From: an uncultured bacterium
Lineage (GTDB): Bacteria > Auribacterota > Erginobacteria > Erginobacterales > Erginobacteraceae
Direction of reading: 5' to 3'
Length of the DNA stretch: 64,000 bases
Assembly: GCA_963822585.1 (NCBI GenBank)
Contig: CAWGIE010000036.1
Span: 266,642 to 330,641 of the forward strand
Shown here piece after piece: positions 22,224 to 31,611 of the stretch (within the stretch, counting starts at the first letter, position 1; every line of letters begins with the position of its first letter). A program made the translations under genes and the position numbers. Under the pieces are notes generated by a model that was not told the DNA's origin, searched no databases, and saw only the letters and a list, made by a program, of their open reading frames with translations.

Positions 22224-22931
22224 TTTTCTATTTTTCTTTCCCGCAGGAAAAATAAGAATTCTTAAAATCAACATTAGAAATCGCACCGTATCCCTGCCCG
22301 GACGGATCTTGCTCGTCTGCCCGGTATAGATGGCTTTCACCGGGGTCGAGCGGATCGTGAAGCCACGGCGGGAGGCCTGGACCAGCATCTCCGATTCGGT
22401 GTCATAATTACCGGTTGTCAGTGAAAGCTTCTCCAGAACCCTCCTGCTCAGCAGCCGGTAGCCGCACTGGCTGTCGGGAATATCCTGCCCGCTCAGCCGG
22501 GAGAGTACCCACGACATCACCCGGTTGGTATAATAACGGACTAACGGCATCGAGGAGGTCGCTCCCATCCGGTTGCCGACAACGATGTCAGCTCCGGTCC
22601 CGCGGGCCATCTCGATGAAAGCCGGAATCTCTTCCGGATCGTGCTGGCCGTCGCCGTCAAGCACGATCACCCCCTCGGCTCCGCTGGAAAGCAAAGCCTC
22701 AAAGCCCCTTCGCAAAGCGACCCCTTTTCCCCGGTTGATCGGATGACGGATAACCTCGGCCCCCGCGGCGGCGGCCGTCGACGCCGTGGCGTCAAGCGAT
22801 CCGTCGTCAACCACCAGGACCCGGGAGACGAATCGTTTCGCCCCTCTCACCACCGCCGCGATATGTTCGGCTTCATCATGCGCGGGGATCAAAACGGCGA
22901 TACCCGATGATGATTTGTCTTCTTTATTCAA
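22215..22931 (-). CDS. Family 2 glycosyltransferase (DPM1-like)
   Basis: IPAHDE, VVDDGS, NRGKG, LDGDGQHDP, DSQCGYR. Confidence 0.93.
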   Translation of the reverse strand: MNKEDKSSSGIAVLIPAHDEAEHIAAVVRGAKRFVSRVLVVDDGSLDATASTAAAAGAEVIRHPINRGKGVALRRGFEALLSSGAEGVIVLDGDGQHDPEEIPAFIEMARGTGADIVVGNRMGATSSMPLVRYYTNRVMSWVLSRLSGQDIPDSQCGYRLLSRRVLEKLSLTTGNYDTESEMLVQASRRGFTIRSTPVKAIYTGQTSKIRPGRDTVRFLMLILRILIFPAGKKNRKME

Positions 22932-23004
22932 TGCCGAAAGATCTGCTGAAAACGTAATGTTATGATACCGTGATTGAAAACTTTTTTATTACAAAAACGA
23001 TTAA

Positions 23005-23104
23005 AACCACGAAGAACACGAAGATCACGAAGGTTTGCTAAAAATGAGCTGAATCTCATTTTTTTTCAAAATTATCCTTCGTGTACTTCGTGTTCTTCGT
23101 GGTA
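23005..23104. repeat. Inverted CACGAAG 9-mer arrays
   Basis: AACCACGAAGAACACGAAGATCACGAAG ... CTTCGTGTACTTCGTGTTCTTCGTGGT. Confidence 0.85.
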
Positions 23105-23156
23105 AATATTTTCTTTATTCCAGACAAGATTTCCAAAATACATTTGGGGGGTAGGA

Positions 23157-24041
23157 TCAGTCACTCCCCCAGATCGGGTAGTACATATACCACTGATCCA
23201 GGTTTTCGACAATACACTCCTCCATCTCCCGGACCAGGTTCCTGATAATTTCCGCTTCCTGCTCCCGCCGGGAAGCGGTTCGGTCAAACGGCAGGGGGGG
23301 ACTGAAGACCGCTTGATAGTGGTGCGTCGATCGCCGGACAAAATATCCGAAGAAAAGAGCGGCCCCGGAACGGACCGCCAGAACGGCCGGACCGCGGGGG
23401 ATCTGAACCGGTTCTCCGAAAAAAAGAACCTCGATGCCGCGTTCGGTCACATCCCTGTCTCCCAGGATCAGAATCAGCTCATTCTTCTTCAAAGCGCGCA
23501 GACTCTTCAACGCCGCGTGGCCGACCGGGATGACGGTCATTCCGGAAAGAGCCCGCTGGTTGACGAAAAGACGGTTCAGGCGCGTATTCTGATGAGAAAG
23601 GGCGATAGCGTTCACGTGATAGCCCGAACCGGCCAGGACCATCCCCCCCAGCTCCCAGTTCCCGATGTGTGCGGTCACGCCCAGTGCTCCCTTCCCGCCG
23701 GCCAGAGCCAGATCTATATTCTCTTCCCCGGTAAACTCAACCAGGTTTTTGATATCATCCGGCCGGAGCCGGGAGAAACGGAAAAAATCAACCAGGTAAT
23801 ATGAAAAGTTACGAAAATTCTTCCGGGTCAAAACCCGCATCTTTCTTCTGGTTTCGACTCCCCCGACATCCTCGCCCAGGTATCGCAACACATGAAGCAG
23901 ATTTTTCTGAAAATTGCGTTTGCTTCGGCGCGAAAAAAGATACGTGGCCTCGGCCAGAACCGCACCGATCGCATAGGCCATCCGGGGAGGGATGACCCGG
24001 ACACAAAACCGCAACAGTTCAAAAAGATAATACTTGATCAT
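23157..24041 (-). CDS. Lysophospholipid acyltransferase family (HtrB/LpxL/PatA-like)
   Basis: TAHIGNWE (HxxxxE), ILGDRD, FFGEP..PRGPA, ENLDQW. Confidence 0.9.
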   Translation of the reverse strand: MIKYYLFELLRFCVRVIPPRMAYAIGAVLAEATYLFSRRSKRNFQKNLLHVLRYLGEDVGGVETRRKMRVLTRKNFRNFSYYLVDFFRFSRLRPDDIKNLVEFTGEENIDLALAGGKGALGVTAHIGNWELGGMVLAGSGYHVNAIALSHQNTRLNRLFVNQRALSGMTVIPVGHAALKSLRALKKNELILILGDRDVTERGIEVLFFGEPVQIPRGPAVLAVRSGAALFFGYFVRRSTHHYQAVFSPPLPFDRTASRREQEAEIIRNLVREMEECIVENLDQWYMYYPIWGSD

Positions 24042-24043
24042 AG

Positions 24044-24265
24044 CAAATTAGTGCTTCGCGCTAATTTGTAGTGGAAAGTGTAAAGTTGGAGGTGTAAAGG
24101 GACCTTCAACTTTCAATTTCTCACGTTACACCACATTATTGAAATTCCGAGGCAGCAAGTTGCCTCCTCGGGCGCAAATTATCGTGTAAAATGTCAAGAG
24201 GAAGGCGTAAGGGATCATTACACTTTACACCTTACACTTTACACAATGTTTTGAAATTCCGAAAC
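24044..24265. repeat. Two tandem modular cassettes with GTGTAAA payloads
   Basis: Hairpin CAAATTAGTGCTTCGCGCTAATTTG, payload, TTGAAATTCCGAGGCAG (24139), second hairpin, payload, TTGAAATTCCGA (24251). Confidence 0.75.
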
Positions 24266-25408
24266 CGTTGCCAGGATATACCGCGCCGCCTGCAAGGCGG
24301 CGGCGGGCTTTCGTATCTCCTCCATCGCTGTCTTCATCTCCTGCCTCAGACCGTCGTTCCGGAGTAATTCAGCCGCCGATCGCGAAGCCTGGAATTCATC
24401 GGCTGCCTGAAGTGCTGCGCCGTGTTCCCGGAGAAACCGAGCGTTAAATTCTTCCTGTCCGGGCAGAGGGGCAATCAATACCATCGGTACTTTTTTCACC
24501 AGTGCCTCCGCCGTGGTCAGCCCTCCCGGCTTGGTAATGATAATATCCACCGTGGCCATCAGCTCGTCAACATAATCGGTGAAACTGAATACCGCCAGAG
24601 AATGGCGAATCCGGCGGCGAAGTTCCTTCAGATCGGCATGTTGCTTCAGATTCCGCCCGGTGAGGGCCGCGATCTGGAATTCTTCCTCTCGCCGGTCAAG
24701 TGTCAGTATCAGGCGCTTCAGAGAAATAGTTCCTTCCCCTCCCCCCATCAGGAGAATCGCGGGGAGTTTGGGATCAAGTCCGTATTTCAGTTTGAGCTTC
24801 CCCGCGTCTAGGGCGCGGTCGAAGATAGGATGCACGGGGATCCCACTCACGCGATTCAAGCCGGAAGGAACGCCGCGAGAGATCATCAGAGTTTTGCTCT
24901 CCAGTGAGGGCAAAAGGTAGAGATTCACCTGATCATAAATCCAGTAGGCGTGGACCCGATAATCCGTGGGGACGGCAACCAGGGAAAATGGTACCCGGGA
25001 CAGGGCTTTGCAAGTGGCGGCCAGCGCGCAGGGAAAAGCTTGCGTGCAGACTACCGCTGAGGGGGAGAGTTCCTGGATGAGAAGACAGACCCGGTTTCGG
25101 GCCAGCCGATGAAGCAGATCGAGGGGGCGGCTTATCTTCTCTTTAATTCTCTGATGATCGTAGAGATAGGCCCAGAAACGGGGGACAAAATGGATCAGGG
25201 CCCGGTACCCTCCGACGATGAATCTGCCCAGCCACGGTTTCCAGAGTTCCATCAGATCGAGACAAACAATCCGGCAAAAAGGGTTTTCCGCATTGAGCGC
25301 GTCCCTGATGGCGAACGCCGCCTGGCGATGCCCTTGTCCCACGGTGACATAGAGGATTAAAATCGTATTGGAACCCATTTCCGGGGGTAAAATGTATCGG
25401 TTTCGCAA
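24239..25408 (-). CDS. GT28 diacylglycerol glycosyltransferase (MGDG synthase/UgtP-like)
   Basis: VGQGHRQAA, VPTDY.VHAYW, SGIPV, LLMGGGEG, ITKPGGLTTAEAL, PLPGQEEFNA. Confidence 0.9.
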   Translation of the reverse strand: MRNRYILPPEMGSNTILILYVTVGQGHRQAAFAIRDALNAENPFCRIVCLDLMELWKPWLGRFIVGGYRALIHFVPRFWAYLYDHQRIKEKISRPLDLLHRLARNRVCLLIQELSPSAVVCTQAFPCALAATCKALSRVPFSLVAVPTDYRVHAYWIYDQVNLYLLPSLESKTLMISRGVPSGLNRVSGIPVHPIFDRALDAGKLKLKYGLDPKLPAILLMGGGEGTISLKRLILTLDRREEEFQIAALTGRNLKQHADLKELRRRIRHSLAVFSFTDYVDELMATVDIIITKPGGLTTAEALVKKVPMVLIAPLPGQEEFNARFLREHGAALQAADEFQASRSAAELLRNDGLRQEMKTAMEEIRKPAAALQAARYILATVSEFQNIV

Positions 25409-25447
25409 TTTTCAATCTGAGGCTGATCCGCTTCCGGCGCACAATAA

Positions 25448-25543
25448 ACCGCGGATTAAACGGATTAAGCGGATTGTTTTTCCCTTTAATCAGCATAATC
25501 CGTCAAAGATCCTGAGCGCAGCCGAAGGGCACAATCCGCGGTT
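25448..25543. repeat. Inverted CGGATTAA 9-mer arms with nested CCTGAGCGCAGCCGAAGG unit
   Basis: AACCGCGGATTAAACGGATTAAGCGGATT ... AATCCG[..CCTGAGCGCAGCCGAAGGG..]AATCCGCGGTT. Confidence 0.7.
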
Positions 25544-25590
25544 AAATAAGTTGCCCGAGGACCGATAAATCGGGGTAGACTGTGCGAGGG

Positions 25591-26793
25591 CTACGTTCTG
25601 TGATAGCCTTCCAGGAAACGGGCAATACTCCGGTAAGCCTTCTCCAGCACGTCTTCCGGGGCCAGATACACCACCCGGAAATGTCTGGTGCCCGGCTTCT
25701 GCCCGAATCCGCTGCCGGGAACAACGACCACCCCGGTCGTCTTGATCAGTTTCCGCACGAACTCATCATCCGAAGTCTCGATGTGGAGTCGAGGGAAAGC
25801 GTAAAAAGCGCCGGCGGGCTTGACGCAGCTGATCTGGGGGATCGCGTTCAGCATCTCGACGGTGAGATCGCGCCGGCGGGTCAATTTTTCCCGGGTCTCG
25901 ACCAGGTGGGTCTGTTCGCCTTCCAGGGCGGCCTTGATCGCCCACTGAACGGGGTGGTTGGCGCAGAGCCGGGCCCGCAGCAGTTTATTGATCGCTTCCA
26001 GGTAATCATGGAGCGTCTCTTCCCGGCCGCTGACGATTCCCCAGCCGATCCGGAAGCCCGGGGCAAGAAAATTTTTTGAGAGACCGTTCAAGGTGATAAC
26101 CGGCACATCCACATCCAGCGAAGCGGTGGGTATGTGTTTATTTCCGTCCAGAGTCAGATTGTCGTAAATTTCATCGGAAAAAATCACCAGGTTATGCTCC
26201 CGTGCCAGGTCGACGATACTTTTTAGAATATCTTCCCGGTATATGGAGCCGGTGGGATTATTGGGGTTGATGATAACAATGGCCCGGGTTCCGCTGTCTA
26301 TCTTGGCGGCGATATCCTCTATATCGGGCTGCCAGCCATTTTCTTCATTCAGGTAATACGGCCGCGGCTCGGCGCTCAACTTATACGCGATCGCGCTGTA
26401 AAGGGGATACCCTGGTGATGGAACCAGGACATTCTCTCCCGGATCGAGCAAAGCGGTCAGGCAGATGTCGATCGCTTCCGAGGCCCCGGTAGTGATAAAG
26501 ACGTCCCGGATCCCGCGGATACCCTTGCGCCGGGCCGAGCCGGCCACTGCCGTGCGCGCCTCTTCAATGCCCGATGAGGGAGCGTATCCGTTGTGATTCT
26601 CCCGCATCGCCCGGTAAACGGCTTCAATAATCTCGGGCGAGGTGCTGAAGTCGAACTGGTTGGGGTCGCCGATGTTCAAATAGAGCATCTCCTTCCCCTG
26701 CCGGGCGACTTCATCCGCCAGAACCACGACATCGCGAACCGCGTAAGTGATGTTTTCAGTGCGATGAGCCGGGATGATCTTTCGCTTCTTCAT
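25591..26793 (-). CDS. PLP-dependent class I/II aminotransferase (AlaA-like)
   Basis: LNIGDP, INPNNPTG, SDEIYD, NGLSK (PLP Lys), PGFRIGW; start set to ATG 26793. Confidence 0.92.
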   Translation of the reverse strand: MKKRKIIPAHRTENITYAVRDVVVLADEVARQGKEMLYLNIGDPNQFDFSTSPEIIEAVYRAMRENHNGYAPSSGIEEARTAVAGSARRKGIRGIRDVFITTGASEAIDICLTALLDPGENVLVPSPGYPLYSAIAYKLSAEPRPYYLNEENGWQPDIEDIAAKIDSGTRAIVIINPNNPTGSIYREDILKSIVDLAREHNLVIFSDEIYDNLTLDGNKHIPTASLDVDVPVITLNGLSKNFLAPGFRIGWGIVSGREETLHDYLEAINKLLRARLCANHPVQWAIKAALEGEQTHLVETREKLTRRRDLTVEMLNAIPQISCVKPAGAFYAFPRLHIETSDDEFVRKLIKTTGVVVVPGSGFGQKPGTRHFRVVYLAPEDVLEKAYRSIARFLEGYHRT

Positions 26794-26852
26794 TAACTTG
26801 TTTACCCCGAAATATTTTCTTTCATCAATGAGCGCCTTCGGCACAAATTTAA

Positions 26853-26881
26853 AATATACGGAGAAATCGGGGTGATAGCAA
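26853..26881 (-). promoter_or_regulatory. Putative sigma70 promoter of the aminotransferase
   Basis: Minus strand TTGCTA-17 nt-TATATT. Confidence 0.5.
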
Positions 26882-26999
26882 GAGTATTTGCCGAGGAGCC
26901 TGTCCACTGTTTAATCATAAAAATAATGGGAGGGCGGCGGCGGGAACCAATCCGGGTAACCTGCCAGAGGAGGCGGGGGGAACAATCAGAGTCCCCGCA

Positions 27000-27286
27000 A
27001 AGTGCCTTCGGCACCGCGGGGTAAAAATCTGTGTAAACTTGTGGTGTCTTTAGACCCTGAGCAAAGTCGAAGGGAGCGGAGTTGAATCCATCTGTGGACT
27101 GAATAAGGGGGCGAGGCGGGGGAAGCAAGACTGAACAGACTGAACGTTCAACTCTCAACTCCCAACGCTCAACGTTCAACGCCGAACGAGAACGGTAATT
27201 CGCGTAATTCGTGTAATTCGTGTAATTCGTAGTTTTATTATTGGGGCCGAGGCGGGGGAGGAAATCAATTCGCACAATCCGCGGTT
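27000..27286. repeat. Mosaic of repeat half-arms separated by GGG(C/G)CGAGGCGGGG
   Basis: ATCTGTG arm, motif at 27107, CAACGYT heptamers, AATTCGYGT 9-mers, motif at 27243. Confidence 0.75.
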
Positions 27287-28990
27287 CTACATCGCCTCCG
27301 GGGCCGAGACGCCCAGGATGGCGAGTCCTTCCGCCAGGACCGACTGCACCCCCCGGGCCAGGGCCAGACGGGAGTTGGTGGTTGCGGCGTCGTCGGTGAT
27401 CACCCGGGAGATGTTATAATAGCTGTGGAAAAGAGAAGCCAGTTCTTCCAGATACATGGGGATGATGTGGCACTGATTCGTCAGGGCCGCGGCCTGGACC
27501 GTGTCGGGGAAAAAAATCAATTTCTTGATAATCTCTCGCTCTTCCGGAGTCCCCAGCGGGCTGAGATCGACCTCCGCGAAAGAGGGAAGCCGGCGGCCGG
27601 TCTTTTCCTGAAATCGCTTGAAGATGCTGTTGATGCGGGCGTGGGCGTACTGGACGTAATACACCGGGTTATCGTTCGACTTTTTCTGAGCCAGCTCGAG
27701 ATCGAAATCGAGGTGGCTTTCCTTGCGCCGCCGGACGAAAAAATACCGGGCGGCGTCTTTGCCCACCTTGTCCATCACCTGTCTCAGAGAGATGAACTCG
27801 CCCAGCCTGGTTGACATCGAGAGCTTCTTCTTGCCTTCGTAGAGCGTGCTCAGCTGGACGATAATCACCTCCAGAAGCCCGGAGTTCAAGCCCAGCGCAT
27901 CCATCGCTCCTTTCAGGCGGGCGATGTATCCATGGTGATCGGGCCCCCAGAAATCAATCATCAGGTCAAAACCCCGGCTGTATTTGCCGCGGTGATAGGC
28001 GATGTCCGAACTGAGGTAGGTCAGATCCCCGCCGCGTTTCCTCAGGACATGGTCTTTTTCGTCACCCCAGGCCGAGGACCTGAACCAGAGCGCCCCGTCT
28101 TGCTCGTATGTGCTCCCTCGAAGGGCCAGATCCTTCAGCGCCTCTTCCACCTGCCCGGAAGCAACCAGTTCCTTCTCGCTCACCCAGGAATCGATCCTCA
28201 CTCCGAAGTCATCCAATTCACCCTTGATCATTTCCAGCAGCACGCCGCTGGCATAGGTTCCGCAGTAAGCGACCGCGCCGGAAAGCGCTTCTCCGGTTTC
28301 CCGGTGATCGTCGCCCGTCGGGATCTCCTCCGGAAGCCTCCGGGCCAGGCCGATGATATAATCCCCCTGGTAATACTCGGGGGGGAATTCAATCCTCTCT
28401 CCCCTCAGCTCCCGCCACCGCAGATAAACCGAACTCCCCAGGATATCCATCTGCCGCCCCCGATCGTTCAGGTAATACTCCCGGCAGACCCGGAAACCGG
28501 CCTTGGTCAGCAGGTTGGCCAGGACATCGCCCACCGCCGCCTGCCGCCCATGGGCCACCGTGAGGGGTCCGGTCGGGTTGGCGCTGATGAATTCAAGCAA
28601 TACCTTCTTGCCGGCGCCGGCTTCACTCTCGCCCCAATGACCGGGATTAGCCAAAAGCTGTCCCAGCGCGCGCAGGAACGCGCTGGGGGAGATCGTGAAG
28701 TTGAGGAACCCCCGGCGGGGATCGGCTTCGACCCCGGCGACAGCCGTTTTATCCTTGAGAAGCGGTCCCATGAGAGAAGCGAGTATCGCGGCCGTCTCGG
28801 CGGGCGGGCGGCGGACCTGGGAAGCGACCTGCATGGCTATATTCGAGGCCATGTCTCCGTGATCTTTCTCCCGGGGCGTTTGCAGTTCGATGGGAGGGAG
28901 GGCGACGGGCGGGAGAAGCCCCCGGTCCGCGGCGAGGCGAAAAGCCTCGGTAATCAACCCCGAAATTGAGCTGTTAATCTCCGGCAGCAT
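27287..28990 (-). CDS. argS: Arginine--tRNA ligase
   Basis: HGDMASN, EFISANPTGPLTVAHGR, WGPDHHGY, MSTRLGE, NPVYYVQYAHAR, C-terminal APEAM. Confidence 0.98.
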   Translation of the reverse strand: MLPEINSSISGLITEAFRLAADRGLLPPVALPPIELQTPREKDHGDMASNIAMQVASQVRRPPAETAAILASLMGPLLKDKTAVAGVEADPRRGFLNFTISPSAFLRALGQLLANPGHWGESEAGAGKKVLLEFISANPTGPLTVAHGRQAAVGDVLANLLTKAGFRVCREYYLNDRGRQMDILGSSVYLRWRELRGERIEFPPEYYQGDYIIGLARRLPEEIPTGDDHRETGEALSGAVAYCGTYASGVLLEMIKGELDDFGVRIDSWVSEKELVASGQVEEALKDLALRGSTYEQDGALWFRSSAWGDEKDHVLRKRGGDLTYLSSDIAYHRGKYSRGFDLMIDFWGPDHHGYIARLKGAMDALGLNSGLLEVIIVQLSTLYEGKKKLSMSTRLGEFISLRQVMDKVGKDAARYFFVRRRKESHLDFDLELAQKKSNDNPVYYVQYAHARINSIFKRFQEKTGRRLPSFAEVDLSPLGTPEEREIIKKLIFFPDTVQAAALTNQCHIIPMYLEELASLFHSYYNISRVITDDAATTNSRLALARGVQSVLAEGLAILGVSAPEAM

Positions 28991-29001
28991 GGCTATACCC
29001 T

Positions 29002-29188
29002 ACTCGAAAAGAATTTCGAGCACCCCGGTAGAACCGGGGTAAATCCTAATATCGAAATCTTAAATAAATCCAAAATCAAAATGATCAAATGTTTCAAATA
29101 TCGCCGATTTTAGCCCATTGTTTTGGATTTTTTAGTTTGGGTCATTTGATATTATTTAGGATTTAGTATTTAGATATTAGAATTTGAG
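29002..29188. repeat. ~185-bp AAATCCT-heptamer inverted element, copy 1
   Basis: Nearly identical to 55074-55259, including the CCCGGTAGAACCGGG cap; supplies the rsfS stop. Confidence 0.85.
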
Positions 29189-29523
29189 TACTCTAACCGG
29201 GGCGCATCCCCCCAGAGCGTCTCCAGGGAGTAGTATTCGCGGGCATTCTTTAGAAAAACATGGACCAGAACAATACCGTAATCCATCACCAACCAGCGGG
29301 CCGGGGGCAGTCCTTCCGTTCGTAATAACCGCAATCCGGCCTCTTTCAAGCGCGCCCGGATCTCTTGCCCGATGGCGGCAGCCTGCCGTGTGTTCTCCGC
29401 GCTGCATAAGAAGAAGAAATCGGCTAATGACGAGATCCCCCGCATGTCGAGGGCGATGATATCTTCCGCCTTCTTCTCGCGGGCAACCCCGGCGATAATC
29501 TTCAGGATATCTTCCGTCTTCAT
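29170..29523 (-). CDS. rsfS: Ribosome silencing factor
   Basis: KKAEDI, ADFFFLCS, WLVMDYG, VHVF, REYYSLETLWGDA; follows nadD. Confidence 0.96.
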   Translation of the reverse strand: MKTEDILKIIAGVAREKKAEDIIALDMRGISSLADFFFLCSAENTRQAAAIGQEIRARLKEAGLRLLRTEGLPPARWLVMDYGIVLVHVFLKNAREYYSLETLWGDAPRLEYSNSNI

Positions 29524-29547
29524 GAAAATTTCAATTCCGCCATCATT

Positions 29548-30177
29548 TTACCGGTAAAGATTTTTTTCCTCGATATAACTCGCGACAACAGGCGGTACCA
29601 GCCCGGAGAGGTCCCGGCCGAGCCGGATGGCCTGACGGACTTCGCTGGAAGAGATGGGAACGGAGAGCGGGATGACGCATCCCCCGCCCTTCCGGATTAC
29701 TTGCTCCGCCCAGTATTTATTATCGCCGGTCACGGCCCCCAACCCGCAGCCGGGCCGGCCGATGATAATGAAGCGGCAGAGAGCAATCAACGATTCAATT
29801 TCTTTCCAGCCGGCAATCTGAAGGAGATTATCCATCCCCATGATCAGGTGGAACACCGCGGACGGCCCGTATTCGTCCCGCAGCTGCCGGACGCTCTCTA
29901 TGGTATAGGAAACGCCACCCCGGTCCAGCTCTATTTCGGAGAGCAGGAATCCCGGCTGATCGGCAAGTGCCCGGCGCAGCATGGCTACCCGATCCCGAGG
30001 GGCGGCATGGGGAGCCTCCGGTTTGTAGGGCGAAATCGAAGCCGGGATGAAGATAACCCGGTCCAACCCGCACTTCTGCATCGCCGCCCGGGCCATTTCC
30101 AGGTGGCCGTTATGGACGGGATCGAAGGCCCCGCCGAGGAGGCCGATTTTAAGTAATCGTTTTTTTACATCCGTCAT
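29548..30177 (-). CDS. nadD: Nicotinate-nucleotide adenylyltransferase
   Basis: GGAFDPVHNGHL, SYTIES, IMGMD, ISSSEVR. Confidence 0.96.
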   Translation of the reverse strand: MTDVKKRLLKIGLLGGAFDPVHNGHLEMARAAMQKCGLDRVIFIPASISPYKPEAPHAAPRDRVAMLRRALADQPGFLLSEIELDRGGVSYTIESVRQLRDEYGPSAVFHLIMGMDNLLQIAGWKEIESLIALCRFIIIGRPGCGLGAVTGDNKYWAEQVIRKGGGCVIPLSVPISSSEVRQAIRLGRDLSGLVPPVVASYIEEKNLYR

Positions 30178-30321
30178 TATTCAAAACTTAACCGATTTAT
30201 AAATAAATCAGATCATGGCCTGAAATGTTGGACCTAGACTAATTCCACATCTGTTATCCATCTAATTTCACTAAAAAAATAAAAATTAACTTTTATAAAT
30301 TTGCGAACGAAGTGAGTAAAT

Positions 30322-31455
30322 TTATAAAATCAGCATATTGTCCCGGTGGACTACTTCATCATAGTACTTATACCCCAGAATGTTTTTGATACGAGCAGTT
30401 TGCGCGCCGCCGATTTTCTCCAGTTCCCCGGAGCTATAGTTCACCAGGCCCCGGCAAAATTCCCCGCCGTCCTCGCCGCTGATGCTCACCATGTCACCGG
30501 TCTGGAATTTCCCTTCCACCCTGATGATGCCGGAAGCGAGCAGGCTTTTGCCCTTTTTTACCAGGGCATCCCGGGCGCCGGCATCGACCACGATCCGCCC
30601 TTTTTTCAGACAGGAGAAGGCGATCCAGCACTTCCGGGAACGCAACCGGGAGAAAGTCGTCGGGAAAAAGGTCCCGACCTTCGCTCCTTCGACAATCTTG
30701 TTCACAATTTCAGGATGAGCGCCGTTCGCAATGACAGCCTGTCCTCCGGCTCGGGTTACGATCCCCACCGCCGCCAGCTTGCTCCCCATCCCCCCCCGCG
30801 AATACTCCCGGCGGCCGTCTTTCACCATCGCTAGAATCTCGGGCGTTATCTCCTCGACCCGTTCGATCACCTCCCGTTTTTGGGACCCGCGGGACGGGCG
30901 GAGCAGTCCGTCGACGTCAGTCAGAAGAATGAGCAGGTCGGCCCGGACCAGATTCGCGACCTGAGCGGCCAGATGGTCATTATCGCCGAACTTGATCTCC
31001 TCCACGGCGACGGAATCATTTTCATTGATGATCGGGATAATCCTTTTCTCCAGAAGAGCCAGCAGTGTGTGCCGTGCGTTCAGATGGCGATCCCGGTGAT
31101 GCAGGCCGTCTCGCGTAAGCAGGATCTGGCCCACGCAAAAACCCTCCCGGCGAAAGTGCTGGTAGTAAATGTGCATTAAAACGGTCTGTCCCACGGAAGC
31201 CGCCGCCTGAAGGTCGGGAAGGTCACGGGGGCGTCTTTTCATCCCTAACTCCTGCCTGCCGGCGGCAATCGCTCCCGAAGTCACCAGGAGGACTTCCCTC
31301 CCTTCCCGCATCAATTCGGCCAGCTGAGCCGTCAGCCGCCCGATCAGGCCTTGATCTATCAGCCCCTTCCCTCCGGCCAGAAGCTGGCTGCCCACCTTGA
31401 CCACTATGCGCTTGGCCGCCCGCAACTCCTGTCTATTTTTCAGGTTTTCAATCAT
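30322..31455 (-). CDS. proB: Glutamate 5-kinase with PUA domain
   Basis: VVKVGS, VTSGAI, AAASVGQ, IINENDSV, FGDND, GGMGSKL, SLLASGI. Confidence 0.97.
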   Translation of the reverse strand: MIENLKNRQELRAAKRIVVKVGSQLLAGGKGLIDQGLIGRLTAQLAELMREGREVLLVTSGAIAAGRQELGMKRRPRDLPDLQAAASVGQTVLMHIYYQHFRREGFCVGQILLTRDGLHHRDRHLNARHTLLALLEKRIIPIINENDSVAVEEIKFGDNDHLAAQVANLVRADLLILLTDVDGLLRPSRGSQKREVIERVEEITPEILAMVKDGRREYSRGGMGSKLAAVGIVTRAGGQAVIANGAHPEIVNKIVEGAKVGTFFPTTFSRLRSRKCWIAFSCLKKGRIVVDAGARDALVKKGKSLLASGIIRVEGKFQTGDMVSISGEDGGEFCRGLVNYSSGELEKIGGAQTARIKNILGYKYYDEVVHRDNMLIL

Positions 31456-31611
31456 ATTGTCGGGGGAAATAGTCTCGATTATTCAATTGTTCCAGGCTAA
31501 ATTAACAATAAATCACCAATTTCAAGCACTAAAGAACAAATAAATTCCAAATAACAATGACTGAAAATCATTTTTCCCATCATTCCAATACTCCATCATT
31601 CCATCACTCCA

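Noticed and set aside
24044..24265. Integron attC sites or cassette array
   Set aside because: The hairpins lack convincing RYYYAAC/GTTRRRY box pairs at attC spacing, the payloads are not ORFs, and no integrase is present.
26928..26998. Riboswitch or ncRNA upstream of the aminotransferase
   Set aside because: It is GC-rich and can form hairpins, but I could not match any riboswitch, T-box, SRP or 6S consensus. It also lies upstream of the predicted promoter. An Rfam scan would settle it.
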